Source: a virus (Duplodnaviria > Caudoviricetes). Taken from it: DNA of 50,042 nucleotides. The stretch's first letter is position 1, and each line of letters opens with the position of its first letter. The position numbers were made by a program, and so were the translations under genes. The notes below the pieces were generated by a model. It did not search any database. It worked only from the letters and a program-made list of their open reading frames with translations, and had not been told where the DNA came from. Location: the IMG/VR virus record IMGVR_UViG_3300044674_000289, positions 1 to 50,042 of that record; one strand, written 5' to 3'. Positions 37,701-46,869 of the stretch are shown here, piece by piece.

Positions 37701-38536
37701 TTTACAACAACACGATCAGCATCAGCAAGGGTTGTAGCTGTAGCGGCTGTGTCGCCGTCTATGATATTTATTTCAGTTGCAGTAGCTGTAACCCCGTCAA
37801 GAATATTTAGTTCAGCGGCTGTAGACGTAATTGCAACACCACCAATAGACAGCGTAGAAAAGTTACCTGTAGAGGCTGTAGTAGCGCCAATAGTTGTATT
37901 ATCTATAGAGCCTGCATTAATGTCTGCTGTATCTGCAACAAGACTATCAATGTTTGCAGTGCCGTCGATGTAAAGATCTCGCCACTCTTTTGAAGCACTT
38001 CCAAGATCGTAAGTGTCATCAGTATCTGGAGTTATACTAGAAGCTACATCTGCCGTAAGCGTAATGCTATCTGTGTCAGCATCACCAAACGTAAGATTAC
38101 CTGAGATTGTTGCGTTGCCGGTTACTGTAAGATTACCGCCGATAGAAATATTTCCGGTAGTTGTAACTGAATCAATATACGCATCTTTCCAGTACAATGA
38201 AGACGTTCCAAGATCTACGTCACTATCTGTAACAGGAATCATCGCTCCATCTTGAATACGAATCTGTTCTACTGCGGCACTAGAGACTTCTACATAAAAG
38301 CCCCAACGATTGTTTGTACTATCGACTACAATTTTATTATTAAAATCTAAGTCACCAATCGTGTGGATATTACCGCCTTCTCCTGCTGTACCATCATGCC
38401 TATGGCCTGTAGAAGCATCAGAAGTATTTGAATATGCAAAAGCGTTTAGAAGTTGGTTGTACTCGTCGTTAAATAACGCGGCAGTAATTGTATCGCCATC
38501 TGCAAATGTACTTTGTCGTGTATAACTTTGGGCCAT
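34757..38536 (-). CDS. Main tail fibre protein
   Basis: N-terminal adaptor, TAAELNILDGVT repeats, ~46-aa FNSDGTKM..QYSLSTAFD.ST.SY propeller-like repeats. Confidence 0.8.
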   Translation of the reverse strand: MAQSYTRQSTFADGDTITAALFNDEYNQLLNAFAYSNTSDASTGHRHDGTAGEGGNIHTIGDLDFNNKIVVDSTNNRWGFYVEVSSAAVEQIRIQDGAMIPVTDSDVDLGTSSLYWKDAYIDSVTTTGNISIGGNLTVTGNATISGNLTFGDADTDSITLTADVASSITPDTDDTYDLGSASKEWRDLYIDGTANIDSLVADTADINAGSIDNTTIGATTASTGNFSTLSIGGVAITSTAAELNILDGVTATATEINIIDGDTAATATTLADADRVVVNDAGTMKQVALTDFETYFETSLDTLSNVTTVGALDSGSITSGFGAIDTGSSNITTTGTVSFGNLTDGAITITAFVDEDNMASDSATLVPTQQSVKAYVDTQIGGLSSSLSGLSDTNITTPADGALLFYDTGTSTWIDNVVSGDITIADTGVAAIGSGVIVNDDINASAAISVSKTALVDGTGLTLTGDTLSVDASQTQITAVGTIATGTWQGTAIADAYVANDLTISGGTVDNSVIGGTTAAAGTFTDLTASGTLTLGGTAVTSTAAELNILDGVTATTAELNILDGVTATTTELNYVDGVTSNIQTQLDSKVGATYTGDVDITGELLVDSYNETFKAPSPSVTTNPFDFDAISATGNTVNVQTNGAGDQPVGNVYWKPDGTVFWVHDHDNTPGDRIYQYTLSTAWDLSTASYDTYLSSTTAFGVQNVTFGVTNDGTVLIGTPRGSGASASQKITLTTAWDIGGGYTSNGSGDAITNFDYGYTLQIKNDGTKLWALNDGGEIHQWSFGTAFDHTTLSYDSKSFTPGGTQDRSFDFNSDGTKIYVASANGQAVNEYTLSTAYDISTANSTATNTYAVGFNVALIGIDPVGSKLYLVRDALGFTVTEYDFDSAANSLTIDCESGNVFSHTLSNNTTFTFSNPPASGTPVTAGYNLSVASYDSKSFSVASQDSTPRGGRFNSDGTKMYFVGATSNDLFQYSLSTAYDISTASYDSVNFDLSSQDSAVLYFAFNSDGTKLYAVGNTNDSIFQYSLSTAFDLSTISYDSVSFSVASQDTAAFGIEFNSDGTKMFILGNSNDAVYQYSLSTGFDLSTASYDSVSFSISQDTILQGISFNSDGTKMFIAGALNDAVFQYNLTTGYDLSTASYASISFSVSSQDGAPTGLFFKPDGTKMYVTGINTDTIYQYSTGTSALNDSTAYAMSLKVVQDSGASGYTVTWPTSVDWPAATAPTLTATASAVDQFVFYTYDGGTTWYGFTAGQALG

Positions 38537-38538
38537 TA

Positions 38539-40137
38539 TTATCTCCTACCTGATGGCATATAATCTATGTAGAAACCATTAATTGCATACGGGCTTCTAG
38601 TATCGTCTGACCTAATTCTAAAACTTACGGTATGTCCACTGCCCTCTACTGTTTGTCTAACCATTGGATCAGAACTAGCTCCAAAAGTTGCTATGCCAAA
38701 AAGAGAGCTTCCAAAAATTGCAGGAAGGGGTACATCCGAAAGTATATAATCTGAAGGTTGTGGTATATCTACATCTTGATAGTCATACCGCAACCTTAAA
38801 ACTGGTTGCAAGCTACCTTCGGGTGAAAAAGAAGTACGCACATATTTTAAAGTTTTTCGTGTGCCTATATCACCACAATCAATATCTGGAGTCTGATAAG
38901 TTGCAAAAACATTAGCTTCACTACCATTATTTAAAAAAGAATCACCTGTATCGTGATTATAAATATACCCGTCTTTATCGCCATGATAAGCAACTTCTAC
39001 GCCATTGTTATTAAAGCCTGATGCAAAACCTAAAGCCTGAATACCTTTTGTTTCAGACCATTCAAAACCTTGGCCTGTAAAGGTGCCGATAATTCCCTTG
39101 GCTTCGCTAGGGTCTTGAGCAATTGTAGAATAAAATAACCGATATTGTGACTTAGATCTTAGTACATCGCTTGTAATAATAAAAGAGCTTGTAGATGTAG
39201 TTAAAGCAGTTACGATCTCTTGGATCTGTCTTGAAATAGAACTTAACTCTACGTCACCAATTCTTGCTGTACCCGCAACAGTACGAATACCATCAGGGGC
39301 TAAGAATACTAGATCACCTCCAAATTCTTGAATACTATATCCATCTAGACAGCCTACGTTTTCTGTAATGGGGTCTATACGAACATTTTGAGGATCATTT
39401 ATATTTATAAGTTTGTGAATACTGTTTTGAGTAAACACAATTAAGTTTTCACGAAAGCCTTTAATGCCTTGTATTTGGTCTGAAATTGCTACTGCGCCTG
39501 CACCAGAACCACCAAAGTCTGTAGCATCATTGTAAACACTATAATATACAGTATTTAAATTATTACCTACTCCAGAAGCAATAAGGTGGTGATCGTGAAC
39601 TGTAATATATTTAACTGCGTTTGTGCCGTCTACAGCTACTTCTTCTGCAAAAAATGTACGAGTGTTTAAAAGTCCCGTACCTTCCATCCGAAAAATATAT
39701 AATTTATTTGCACCGTCTGCAATTACAAGCTGACCATAATCATATGCCGCGCCTTCAATCAATGCAAATTGGCATTGGCCTTGGTCAGTACGAGTTAAAG
39801 TAGAACGGCCTGTAAAAGCTGTATAGTTATCACCACTATTTGAAACTGCACTTCTATTTATTTGTAGCCACGAATCGCCATCATTACTAAAAAAAATATC
39901 TGTACCAGAACACACAACAACCCCATCACCGTAAGGCTGAATACCCAAAACAGCATTAGAACCATTTGGGCGAGCAGTACCATAGGCTGTAAAACCATTT
40001 ATTCGTCTATAGCCTCCATCTGGGTCTACCTCAAAGTTTTCTAGTACTTTTGCAAAACCGGGGTTGCCTAAAATCTCAATAGAGTTTAGGTTTGTATTCA
40101 GACCGCCTTTACATGAAAAACCAAAAGCCTGAGACAT
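38539..40137 (-). CDS. Tail tubular / nozzle protein (P22 gp10 / T7 gp12-like)
   Basis: GGLN N-terminus, beta-rich, follows the adaptor gene. Confidence 0.7.
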   Translation of the reverse strand: MSQAFGFSCKGGLNTNLNSIEILGNPGFAKVLENFEVDPDGGYRRINGFTAYGTARPNGSNAVLGIQPYGDGVVVCSGTDIFFSNDGDSWLQINRSAVSNSGDNYTAFTGRSTLTRTDQGQCQFALIEGAAYDYGQLVIADGANKLYIFRMEGTGLLNTRTFFAEEVAVDGTNAVKYITVHDHHLIASGVGNNLNTVYYSVYNDATDFGGSGAGAVAISDQIQGIKGFRENLIVFTQNSIHKLININDPQNVRIDPITENVGCLDGYSIQEFGGDLVFLAPDGIRTVAGTARIGDVELSSISRQIQEIVTALTTSTSSFIITSDVLRSKSQYRLFYSTIAQDPSEAKGIIGTFTGQGFEWSETKGIQALGFASGFNNNGVEVAYHGDKDGYIYNHDTGDSFLNNGSEANVFATYQTPDIDCGDIGTRKTLKYVRTSFSPEGSLQPVLRLRYDYQDVDIPQPSDYILSDVPLPAIFGSSLFGIATFGASSDPMVRQTVEGSGHTVSFRIRSDDTRSPYAINGFYIDYMPSGRR

Positions 40138-40907
40138 TAGACAAGCCTCATGCGGTCATCTTTGATGTACTTAGGTGCTGGGAACATTAGAGCGTTCTTC
40201 ATAAGTCGTAAGCCTCTACGATATTCTTCTAAGGCTAATGCGGCTGGTTGAATGTTTTCTTTAAATTGATGTACGTAGTATCTGGCTCTAGAAAGCAATA
40301 CTGTTTTATATACATCTGGAAAAACAATTACATCGCTATGGGCTGATAGCTCTGTAGCTTGATTAAACGCAAAGAAATGAATACGATATACTTTGTCAGG
40401 TATTGGACTCAATCCAAAGTTACGTCCGTCACTACTACGGAATACTCTGCGAGGCTCACCGCCATTAGCATCTCCAGCATCATCTTGATTTTCTTTAGCA
40501 CGATGATAGTCTTTCCATTCTTCTAAGGTTATAAACTTTAGATTCTGACTAACGTAAGGGGCTGTTTCGCCTGACACACCTACTGTAGTCATGTAAAAAT
40601 CATCCCAATCTACATAGCCATAGTCATCTACCAAAGATGAACTAGCGGCTTTAAGTTCGTACCAACGCTGATTAGCGACAGTTTCTACAGTTACATTACC
40701 GTATAGCGGATCTGTAGAGCCACTTTCACCTACAGCAAGAAAGGGCCATTGAGGTTCTTCAAGAACAATATCAAGGTATGCACGATTAACACAGTCTTTT
40801 ACGTGTGCCTGTATTCCAATAGCAGAAGAAAAATTACTTGAAGTTAGAACAACCTCATTCATTTCTCTTAATAATTCATTTGTAAGCTGTAGGTATGTAG
40901 TCGCCAT
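40137..40907 (-). CDS. Head-tail adaptor (tail tubular protein A-like)
   Basis: TYLQLTNELLREMNE N-terminus, LSPIPD motif; position. Confidence 0.7.
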   Translation of the reverse strand: MATTYLQLTNELLREMNEVVLTSSNFSSAIGIQAHVKDCVNRAYLDIVLEEPQWPFLAVGESGSTDPLYGNVTVETVANQRWYELKAASSSLVDDYGYVDWDDFYMTTVGVSGETAPYVSQNLKFITLEEWKDYHRAKENQDDAGDANGGEPRRVFRSSDGRNFGLSPIPDKVYRIHFFAFNQATELSAHSDVIVFPDVYKTVLLSRARYYVHQFKENIQPAALALEEYRRGLRLMKNALMFPAPKYIKDDRMRLV

Positions 40908-41053
40908 TATTTTTTATGAACCTTTTGTATTTCAAAGTTGGCTGACTTACTGGCACCTTTGTGGCGCTTGAAGCCGTCTTTGGGGTCTTTCATTAGCTTG
41001 TAACTTTTACCACTCTTCATCCAGTGATAGCCTTCAGGGGCGGGAACTTTCAT
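40907..41053 (-). CDS. Small basic protein (48 aa, absent from the ORF track)
   Basis: MKVPAPEGYHWMKSGKSYKLMK...; overlaps both neighbours. Confidence 0.6.
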   Translation of the reverse strand: MKVPAPEGYHWMKSGKSYKLMKDPKDGFKRHKGASKSANFEIQKVHKK

Positions 41054-41229
41054 TTTTGTCTCATAGACTCGTTATAGTCAGGCCCCATACAAGCCTTTTC
41101 CATATCACGAACAGTGCCGTACACTTTACCGCCATGAGCCTTTTCCATGCGATAGCCGCCGCCCATCATGCCTGATCGGTTTGCCATACCGCCATAATTA
41201 TACATTTTCTTTTTATCATTTTTCATCAT
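41050..41229 (-). CDS. Small protein made almost entirely of GG tags
   Basis: KKMYNYGG, RSGMMGGG, RMEKAHGG and YGTVRDMEK; AAGGAG SD. Confidence 0.65.
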   Translation of the reverse strand: MMKNDKKKMYNYGGMANRSGMMGGGYRMEKAHGGKVYGTVRDMEKACMGPDYNESMRQK

Positions 41230-41374
41230 TGGTCTTCTCCTTTTTACCAAAAATACGATCATAGTTGTCTTCATACTTTTGGCGATTTTCGCTTTTAAGA
41301 TATTGACCACTTATTTTTACTTTTCTTGTGGGACTCATCCGAATAGGATTTTGTTCACTTCCAATCTGTGGCAT
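41216..41374 (-). CDS. Small protein (52 aa, absent from the ORF track)
   Basis: MPQIGSEQNP...YEDNYDRIFGKK; GGAG SD. Confidence 0.6.
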   Translation of the reverse strand: MPQIGSEQNPIRMSPTRKVKISGQYLKSENRQKYEDNYDRIFGKKEKTNDEK

Positions 41375-41386
41375 TACTTATCTCCA

Positions 41387-41417
41387 GAAAATAAAAGGGG
41401 GAGTGTTTCATCCCCCT
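41387..41417 (-). terminator. Intrinsic terminator after the major capsid gene
   Basis: Minus strand AGGGGGA-8nt-TCCCCCT followed by TTTATTTT. Confidence 0.7.
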
Positions 41418-41424
41418 ATTGTTT

Positions 41425-42414
41425 TTAGTCGATACCGTAGAAAGCCGAAACGAGGGCTTCTGGACGGAGTACTTTGGCACCATATACATGGAGGCCGCGT
41501 ACAATATCACCAAAACTTGAAGGATCACGAATCACTTCTGTATTCACAATAGTTTGTGCAGTACAGGTAGATGAAATGTGTCCAGCAATACACTTACCAG
41601 CCGCGTTGCTAGTCGCCGCAATGTTGTTGGTCTTGTACATATCAAAACCACGCAACTTACCAGAGCTTACCAAACCATTACGGATGGAGCCTTGGCCTGC
41701 ATTGAAATCAACGCTCAAGAGCTTAGAGCTACTTTGTACCAGTTGCTCGTAGAACTCAGGGTTAGCAAGGAACCAACGACCTTCTTCTGGAATGTTCTGC
41801 TCATCAAGCAGACGCGCCATGTGTGAAAGAACGTCGATAGGATCATGCTCACCAGAAGCGTAGCCAATGTCGAGGTTACCAGTACCGTCGAAAGTACCAG
41901 CCGCCAAGTCAGTAGCACTATCAGAACCAAGGATATGGTTCGGAGATGATGCAGGGACGCCAGCAAACATAGAAGCAATCACGCCTTCATCAAAAGCATC
42001 ACGCAGTGCGTAAGCGGCTGAAGAAGATGCAACTTCCTTAAAGTTGACATGAGACATAGAAGTTTCGATATCATCAACGATGAACTTGAATGCGTTCGCC
42101 GTATCGACAACGAGGCTGACTTCTTGGTCGGTCAACTTAGTTTGGGTTACGTCCTGACCACGCTCGTACTGATAAACGGTGATTACCGGCTCTTTGATAA
42201 TACGTACTGTATCACCAAATGCAGTAATTTCACCAGCATAGTCGGTGTTAGTGATAGCTTCCGCTACTGAAGACTTCCGAAAGAAGTTAAGTACCTTCTT
42301 GGAATAAACAGCAGGAAGGAAGAACGAATTGGTCTGACCCGCTACAGAGTTGGCAAAGTTCGCATCTGTATCTGTAGTCGGCTCAAAGTACTGATCTGAT
42401 TGGTTATAAGCCAT
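41425..42414 (-). CDS. Major capsid protein (HK97 fold, P22/T7-like)
   Basis: TNTDYAGEI..GDTVRI, P.EGRW and GLHVYGAKV motifs; follows the scaffold gene. Confidence 0.9.
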   Translation of the reverse strand: MAYNQSDQYFEPTTDTDANFANSVAGQTNSFFLPAVYSKKVLNFFRKSSVAEAITNTDYAGEITAFGDTVRIIKEPVITVYQYERGQDVTQTKLTDQEVSLVVDTANAFKFIVDDIETSMSHVNFKEVASSSAAYALRDAFDEGVIASMFAGVPASSPNHILGSDSATDLAAGTFDGTGNLDIGYASGEHDPIDVLSHMARLLDEQNIPEEGRWFLANPEFYEQLVQSSSKLLSVDFNAGQGSIRNGLVSSGKLRGFDMYKTNNIAATSNAAGKCIAGHISSTCTAQTIVNTEVIRDPSSFGDIVRGLHVYGAKVLRPEALVSAFYGID

Positions 42415-42441
42415 GTGAAAAATCTCCTAAAAAGACAAGTG

Positions 42442-43257
42442 TTATCTTGCTACCCGTCCTTCTTCGATGGCACGATCAATTTCTGCTTCGTAACGATCAT
42501 ACTCATCAATAGACAGGGCGGCAATTTCCCGTTGTGTCCAAATCTTAGCGTTCTGTGGTTCAACGCCGGTAGTCTTTGTTGATACCATATCAGCCGCATT
42601 GGACTTTGAAAGTTGTGACGGACGAGAAGATTTCTTAATAGCAATATTATTTTCCATTTTATAAAGATCTATTGCACGACTAGCCAATCCAACATTATCT
42701 GGGTTTTTGTAGATCCAACGCTGAATTTCTTCAGGCTGAGTCTTAGCCCATTCGTGAAACTTGTCATCACCCCTGATATCTTCAAAGTCAGGGTGTCGCT
42801 CTCTAAGAGCTATTTCAGCATCACGCTTTGACATTTCTGCCTCACGCATTTCTAATGCCGATAGCTTTTGTTGAAGAGCGTTCATCTGCTCTTCGCTTCT
42901 CATATGAGCAACTGATTCAACAGTATCATATAGATCAGGATACTCTGATTTAAAACGCTCAAGTTCTTCAGCACTCTTTGGCGGTTGATACTGCGGTTGA
43001 GCAGTTCGTGCCATAGCCTCTAGTTCTTGTTCACGTTGTTTAAACTCAGAGATCTTTTGATCGTAATGTTTTTTTAGATCGTCATACCGCTTTTTATAAT
43101 TGGTACGAGGACGATTTTCTTGTTGAGGGGTTCCGTCTTCGGAAGTAGCCTCTTGTCCTTCAAAAAATAATGAATCTGCACTGCTAGTAGTTTTAGCGTC
43201 TTCTGTATGCCAAGACTTCTTTGCGTTGTACGGATTCGCTTGCTCTTCTTCACTCAT
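42442..43257 (-). CDS. Capsid scaffolding protein
   Basis: YKKRYDDLK coiled coil, HPDF, C-terminal I..A..EGRV; AAGGAG SD before ATG 43257. Confidence 0.75.
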   Translation of the reverse strand: MSEEEQANPYNAKKSWHTEDAKTTSSADSLFFEGQEATSEDGTPQQENRPRTNYKKRYDDLKKHYDQKISEFKQREQELEAMARTAQPQYQPPKSAEELERFKSEYPDLYDTVESVAHMRSEEQMNALQQKLSALEMREAEMSKRDAEIALRERHPDFEDIRGDDKFHEWAKTQPEEIQRWIYKNPDNVGLASRAIDLYKMENNIAIKKSSRPSQLSKSNAADMVSTKTTGVEPQNAKIWTQREIAALSIDEYDRYEAEIDRAIEEGRVAR

Positions 43258-43388
43258 GTCACTTCTCCTTTCTGGGGCTTGTTGTCTCTTCAAGGTGGCT
43301 GTGTTATTGCGCTTTTAACACAGGGTCTTGATACTACAAGGTGGCCTCAAGGTTATAAAATGATAAGGGGCTAAAGTTCTAGGTAGCC

Positions 43389-44537
43389 TTATCGGTTCAT
43401 TAGGCTAGGCATACGGCTTGAATAAAGCATTTGGCGTTCAATATCCTCTTCTCCATCCTTTGGAACTCCATACATTTCTTCAGGATTTACGAAAGGGTTT
43501 GTGCCAGCTTCACCGCCGTTTGCCATGCCCATAAGACCGCCATCATAGGCACGTTCAGCATCGTCCATCATTTTTTGGAGATTGTCTGCGCCTATTTGGT
43601 CAGTCGCTTTTCTGGTGATTACAAACTCACCATCCGATAACCTTGCGGGTATCGAATCTGATATGCCAGTACCGGGGCCTTCAACTTCCCCAGAACCAGC
43701 AAATTCTGTTGCATTAAGCAAAACTTTATCTAAGATCCCTTCTAGTCTTGGATCTTCGTCTAGAACCTTAAATAAATATTCTTGCTCTTCGGGTTCTAAT
43801 ACTTCTTCAGCTACGTAGTCTACGTACTCTTCTTCCATCTCATCGTCTGGAAGCATATCTTTAGCCTGTTGCATTTCTTCTTCTGGGCTGATGTTATCGT
43901 ATGTGTCTACTGGAGGCTCTTCAACAGGCATCATCATTTCTGGTGGAACCATCATAGAACCTCCTTCATTTACAAATTCTCTAGATTCTGCTTCATTAAT
44001 TCGTTTTTCAGTTAAATTATGAAATTCATCTCGCAGTTTTTCTATACGGGCCTGACTACCTTCTAAAATATCTTTAATTTCTTTTTTGTTATATCCTAAT
44101 GCAGAAGCCATTTTTATAATTTCTTCATCTTGCATACGTATTGCCGCAAACTCAGCAATCATTTCAGCGTAAGCATCTGGTTCTGGCACTTCTTTTTTTA
44201 AGGCGTCTAATTCTTTTTTAGAAAAAAACAAAGCATCTTTATTGCGAGTACTTAACAATTTTTCATTTGTTTTATTATCTATACCGATACCTTCTTCTAC
44301 ACCACCATCTGCCGGCCCGTCAGCCGCTTTACTTGCTTTTTTAGAGCTAAATTTTTTAAAAACTTCTTTTGCCGCTTTACTAGCAATAGATCCAATATTA
44401 AAACCTTCTCTTGGAACCATTAAAGATCCCATAGCTTTGTCATCTCTATCAAGATCAACGCCACGACCCATTAATACATCTGCGCGTGTTACTTCGCCGT
44501 CTTTATTTAAATCTGGAAATGCTTCAGCCATCGTCAT
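43389..44537 (-). CDS. Head-morphogenesis-block protein with tape-measure-C-terminal-like domain and multiple GG tags
   Basis: GEVEGPGTGISDSIPARLSDGEFVITRKAT..IG..NL; N-terminal EF-hand-like DLNKDGEVTRAD. Confidence 0.65.
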   Translation of the reverse strand: MTMAEAFPDLNKDGEVTRADVLMGRGVDLDRDDKAMGSLMVPREGFNIGSIASKAAKEVFKKFSSKKASKAADGPADGGVEEGIGIDNKTNEKLLSTRNKDALFFSKKELDALKKEVPEPDAYAEMIAEFAAIRMQDEEIIKMASALGYNKKEIKDILEGSQARIEKLRDEFHNLTEKRINEAESREFVNEGGSMMVPPEMMMPVEEPPVDTYDNISPEEEMQQAKDMLPDDEMEEEYVDYVAEEVLEPEEQEYLFKVLDEDPRLEGILDKVLLNATEFAGSGEVEGPGTGISDSIPARLSDGEFVITRKATDQIGADNLQKMMDDAERAYDGGLMGMANGGEAGTNPFVNPEEMYGVPKDGEEDIERQMLYSSRMPSLMNR

Positions 44538-44757
44538 TATCCTTTCGTCTTTGAATTACTTGTTCTTTTAATGTAAGAAGGTTAGCCAGAGAACTCGCCT
44601 TCCCCTGCCTGCGGAACAGATCCCGTTCCGATGTTTCCACCGCCAGTGCCTGTAACTCCAACATCCGTAGGTTCTGGAGGTGTTCCTTCAGGGGTTCCCA
44701 CAGTTCCGGGTTGTTGACTAAGGGGATCAGCCTGTTCGCCAGTTGCTTGTCCAACAT
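44524..44757 (-). CDS. Small helical protein overlapping the portal 3' end
   Basis: Protein-like ORF (LFRRQG..L..LL.LKEQV) in the usual post-portal position; stop couples to the next gene. Confidence 0.55.
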   Translation of the reverse strand: MLDKQLANRLIPLVNNPELWEPLKEHLQNLRMLELQALAVETSERDLFRRQGKASSLANLLTLKEQVIQRRKDNDDG

Positions 44758-46750
44758 TATTTTGCATTCCTATAATCTGTGCGGCTAGTGCCGCTTCTTC
44801 GGGATCGTTAAGGATTTCGTCAGGATCAAGATCCAAACTATACGCCAGTTCGCTAATAAGCTTAGACATTTTAACAAAAGGTGCAATAGCTGGGTTTTGA
44901 GCCGTCTGAAGAAACATCGTCAACCGCTGACTTCTTACTTCTTTTTGCATGAGGCTATTTGTACCCATAGCCTTAATCTCTAGATCACCAGTAGTCTTTA
45001 GCTCTCCATCAAAGAACTGCATATTCCACTGAAAGTATGCTTTGCCCAAAGGCTTCAGTAAGAAATCATCAAGATTCTTTACGACTGTTTTAATGTTGAG
45101 TGACGCGGCACCTAAAAGCATGGACATACCAGAAGCTGTACGAGTCATACTTTGTACGCCTGTCTGACCATGTGAATAGCTAGGAATGCCTGTTTGTTCG
45201 TCTGCAAGCTGTCGGAACTTATCGAACATCATCATATTTTCTTGAGATGTGTTCGGGAACTTTAAGCCATGAATAGCTTGACCTTGCATACCCGACTGAC
45301 GCCTAAAGACTTTGCCCGGATAAATTTCCATACTTTGTCCACCAACAAGCATAGTTTCATCTACGTCAAATACTAACGAGCCACTAAGGGCTAGGTTATC
45401 AATTGCCAGCCTTGCATGACCATTCATAATCTGCTGGCTGTCATTCATGTTTTCTGCTACGCCTACGCCAAAAAAGCTATAAGGGTTTCTTTCGTATGGA
45501 AACGCATTGTAGGGAATGCGGTGTGGAGTGAAGGGATTAATAACAGCCCTGAGTACAAGACCATTACAAATCCAAGCATTGATTTGTACTTCATCAAGAA
45601 TATCTACCTCTTCTGGAAGTTCGATGCCAACATCTTTTGCATACTCTGCGTCCATTAAGCCCCAATACTCAAGGACTTCAAAACGACTAGCGCCCATCTC
45701 TGACATACGCTGATCGTCTTTAAGTTCGTACTCGTAGTCTTCTTCTGTGTAGTTAGGGCCAAGCATCATACAATCACGAATAGCATCTTCGTTAAAGTAC
45801 GGCATCTTTCGCAATGCCCTAAGCTGAGAACGATTAAGCTTGTGACGATGTACTACATACTCACATTCTTCAATAGATGTGGCATTAGGATCAGGAAAGA
45901 AATCCCATACGCTTACAAACTCAATACGCGGTACACGTACAGATGTAGGACTGTATACTCGCCCTTCTTCATTATCTTCCCACTTATGTAATGTTTTATT
46001 AAAGTTGAAGGGGCCTTTTACAATACCTGTACCAAAAAGCGTAGATTCAAAAATGGCATTGCGTAGTTCTGTAGAACCGCCTGACTCATCAATCTGATCG
46101 TGAATAAGTTTCTCCATGTTCCTTGCGGCTTCTTTAGCTGGAGAAATTTCTGGAATATTGGGGATTGGTGTAGGGCCTACATCAAAAGAAACATTTTCAG
46201 CAGTTTCAAAATTTTCAAAAATTCCTTCACCAGAAGACATTGTAGCTCCCGGTTTAAGGACACGGCCATCACCAGCATAACCTACGCCCCCTTCTGGGCG
46301 GTCTTGTTCCATAGGAGGTTCTGGAGTTACATTTGTTTCAATACCCGGAGTAGGTTCAGAGCTAAGGTGCATATACTCGCTGACACCTTCGGGTAGTGGT
46401 GTATGAGAAACACCAATTGGAAATTTACCTGTACCGAATATTACGTCAACAAGCTGTCCAAAAGCCGCAAGTACTTTAGTCTTCGTAACTTTAATAAATA
46501 CACGAGACTTTTCAGATTCTCTGAATCTTACGTTCTTTGGATAGATTCCACGGAAGTTGTGATACGCCGTAATCCAACGGTTTTCGTCAGAGTCTCTAGC
46601 CATCTTAGAGTCTGCAAACCGTGCTTCAATAAGACCAGCAAGGTTTGATTTGACTTGAGCATCTGCATTAATAGACAAACCATCTTCACCTTTTACTTGT
46701 TCAAAGTAAAGATTGTTTGCGCTATCAACTATAGTGTTGTCTTCTGCCAT
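44582..46750 (-). CDS. Portal protein
   Basis: 722 aa; FGTGIVKG, VWDFFPDP, FFGVGV and RTASGMSML motifs; follows the terminase. Confidence 0.9.
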   Translation of the reverse strand: MAEDNTIVDSANNLYFEQVKGEDGLSINADAQVKSNLAGLIEARFADSKMARDSDENRWITAYHNFRGIYPKNVRFRESEKSRVFIKVTKTKVLAAFGQLVDVIFGTGKFPIGVSHTPLPEGVSEYMHLSSEPTPGIETNVTPEPPMEQDRPEGGVGYAGDGRVLKPGATMSSGEGIFENFETAENVSFDVGPTPIPNIPEISPAKEAARNMEKLIHDQIDESGGSTELRNAIFESTLFGTGIVKGPFNFNKTLHKWEDNEEGRVYSPTSVRVPRIEFVSVWDFFPDPNATSIEECEYVVHRHKLNRSQLRALRKMPYFNEDAIRDCMMLGPNYTEEDYEYELKDDQRMSEMGASRFEVLEYWGLMDAEYAKDVGIELPEEVDILDEVQINAWICNGLVLRAVINPFTPHRIPYNAFPYERNPYSFFGVGVAENMNDSQQIMNGHARLAIDNLALSGSLVFDVDETMLVGGQSMEIYPGKVFRRQSGMQGQAIHGLKFPNTSQENMMMFDKFRQLADEQTGIPSYSHGQTGVQSMTRTASGMSMLLGAASLNIKTVVKNLDDFLLKPLGKAYFQWNMQFFDGELKTTGDLEIKAMGTNSLMQKEVRSQRLTMFLQTAQNPAIAPFVKMSKLISELAYSLDLDPDEILNDPEEAALAAQIIGMQNNVGQATGEQADPLSQQPGTVGTPEGTPPEPTDVGVTGTGGGNIGTGSVPQAGEGEFSG

Positions 46751-46752
46751 GT

Positions 46753-46869
46753 TTATCCCATTGGTGTTAGGCTAATGATTGCATATATTACTGTAAAACC
46801 AATCGTTGTGCCTAATAAATAAATACCGTATGTATTAAAGGGTCGCCAAATTCTAGAGTTTCTTTTCAA
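46753..46869 (-). CDS. Possible small membrane protein (38 aa, TTG start)
   Basis: ..RIWRPFNTYGIYLLGTTIGFTVIYAIISLTPMG fills the gap up to the portal start. Confidence 0.35.
   Translation of the reverse strand: MKRNSRIWRPFNTYGIYLLGTTIGFTVIYAIISLTPMG

Noticed and set aside
34757-37810. Tail fibre DNA repeats as diversity-generating retroelement TR/VR
   Set aside because: No reverse transcriptase; the repeats are in-frame protein repeats without adenine-specific differences.
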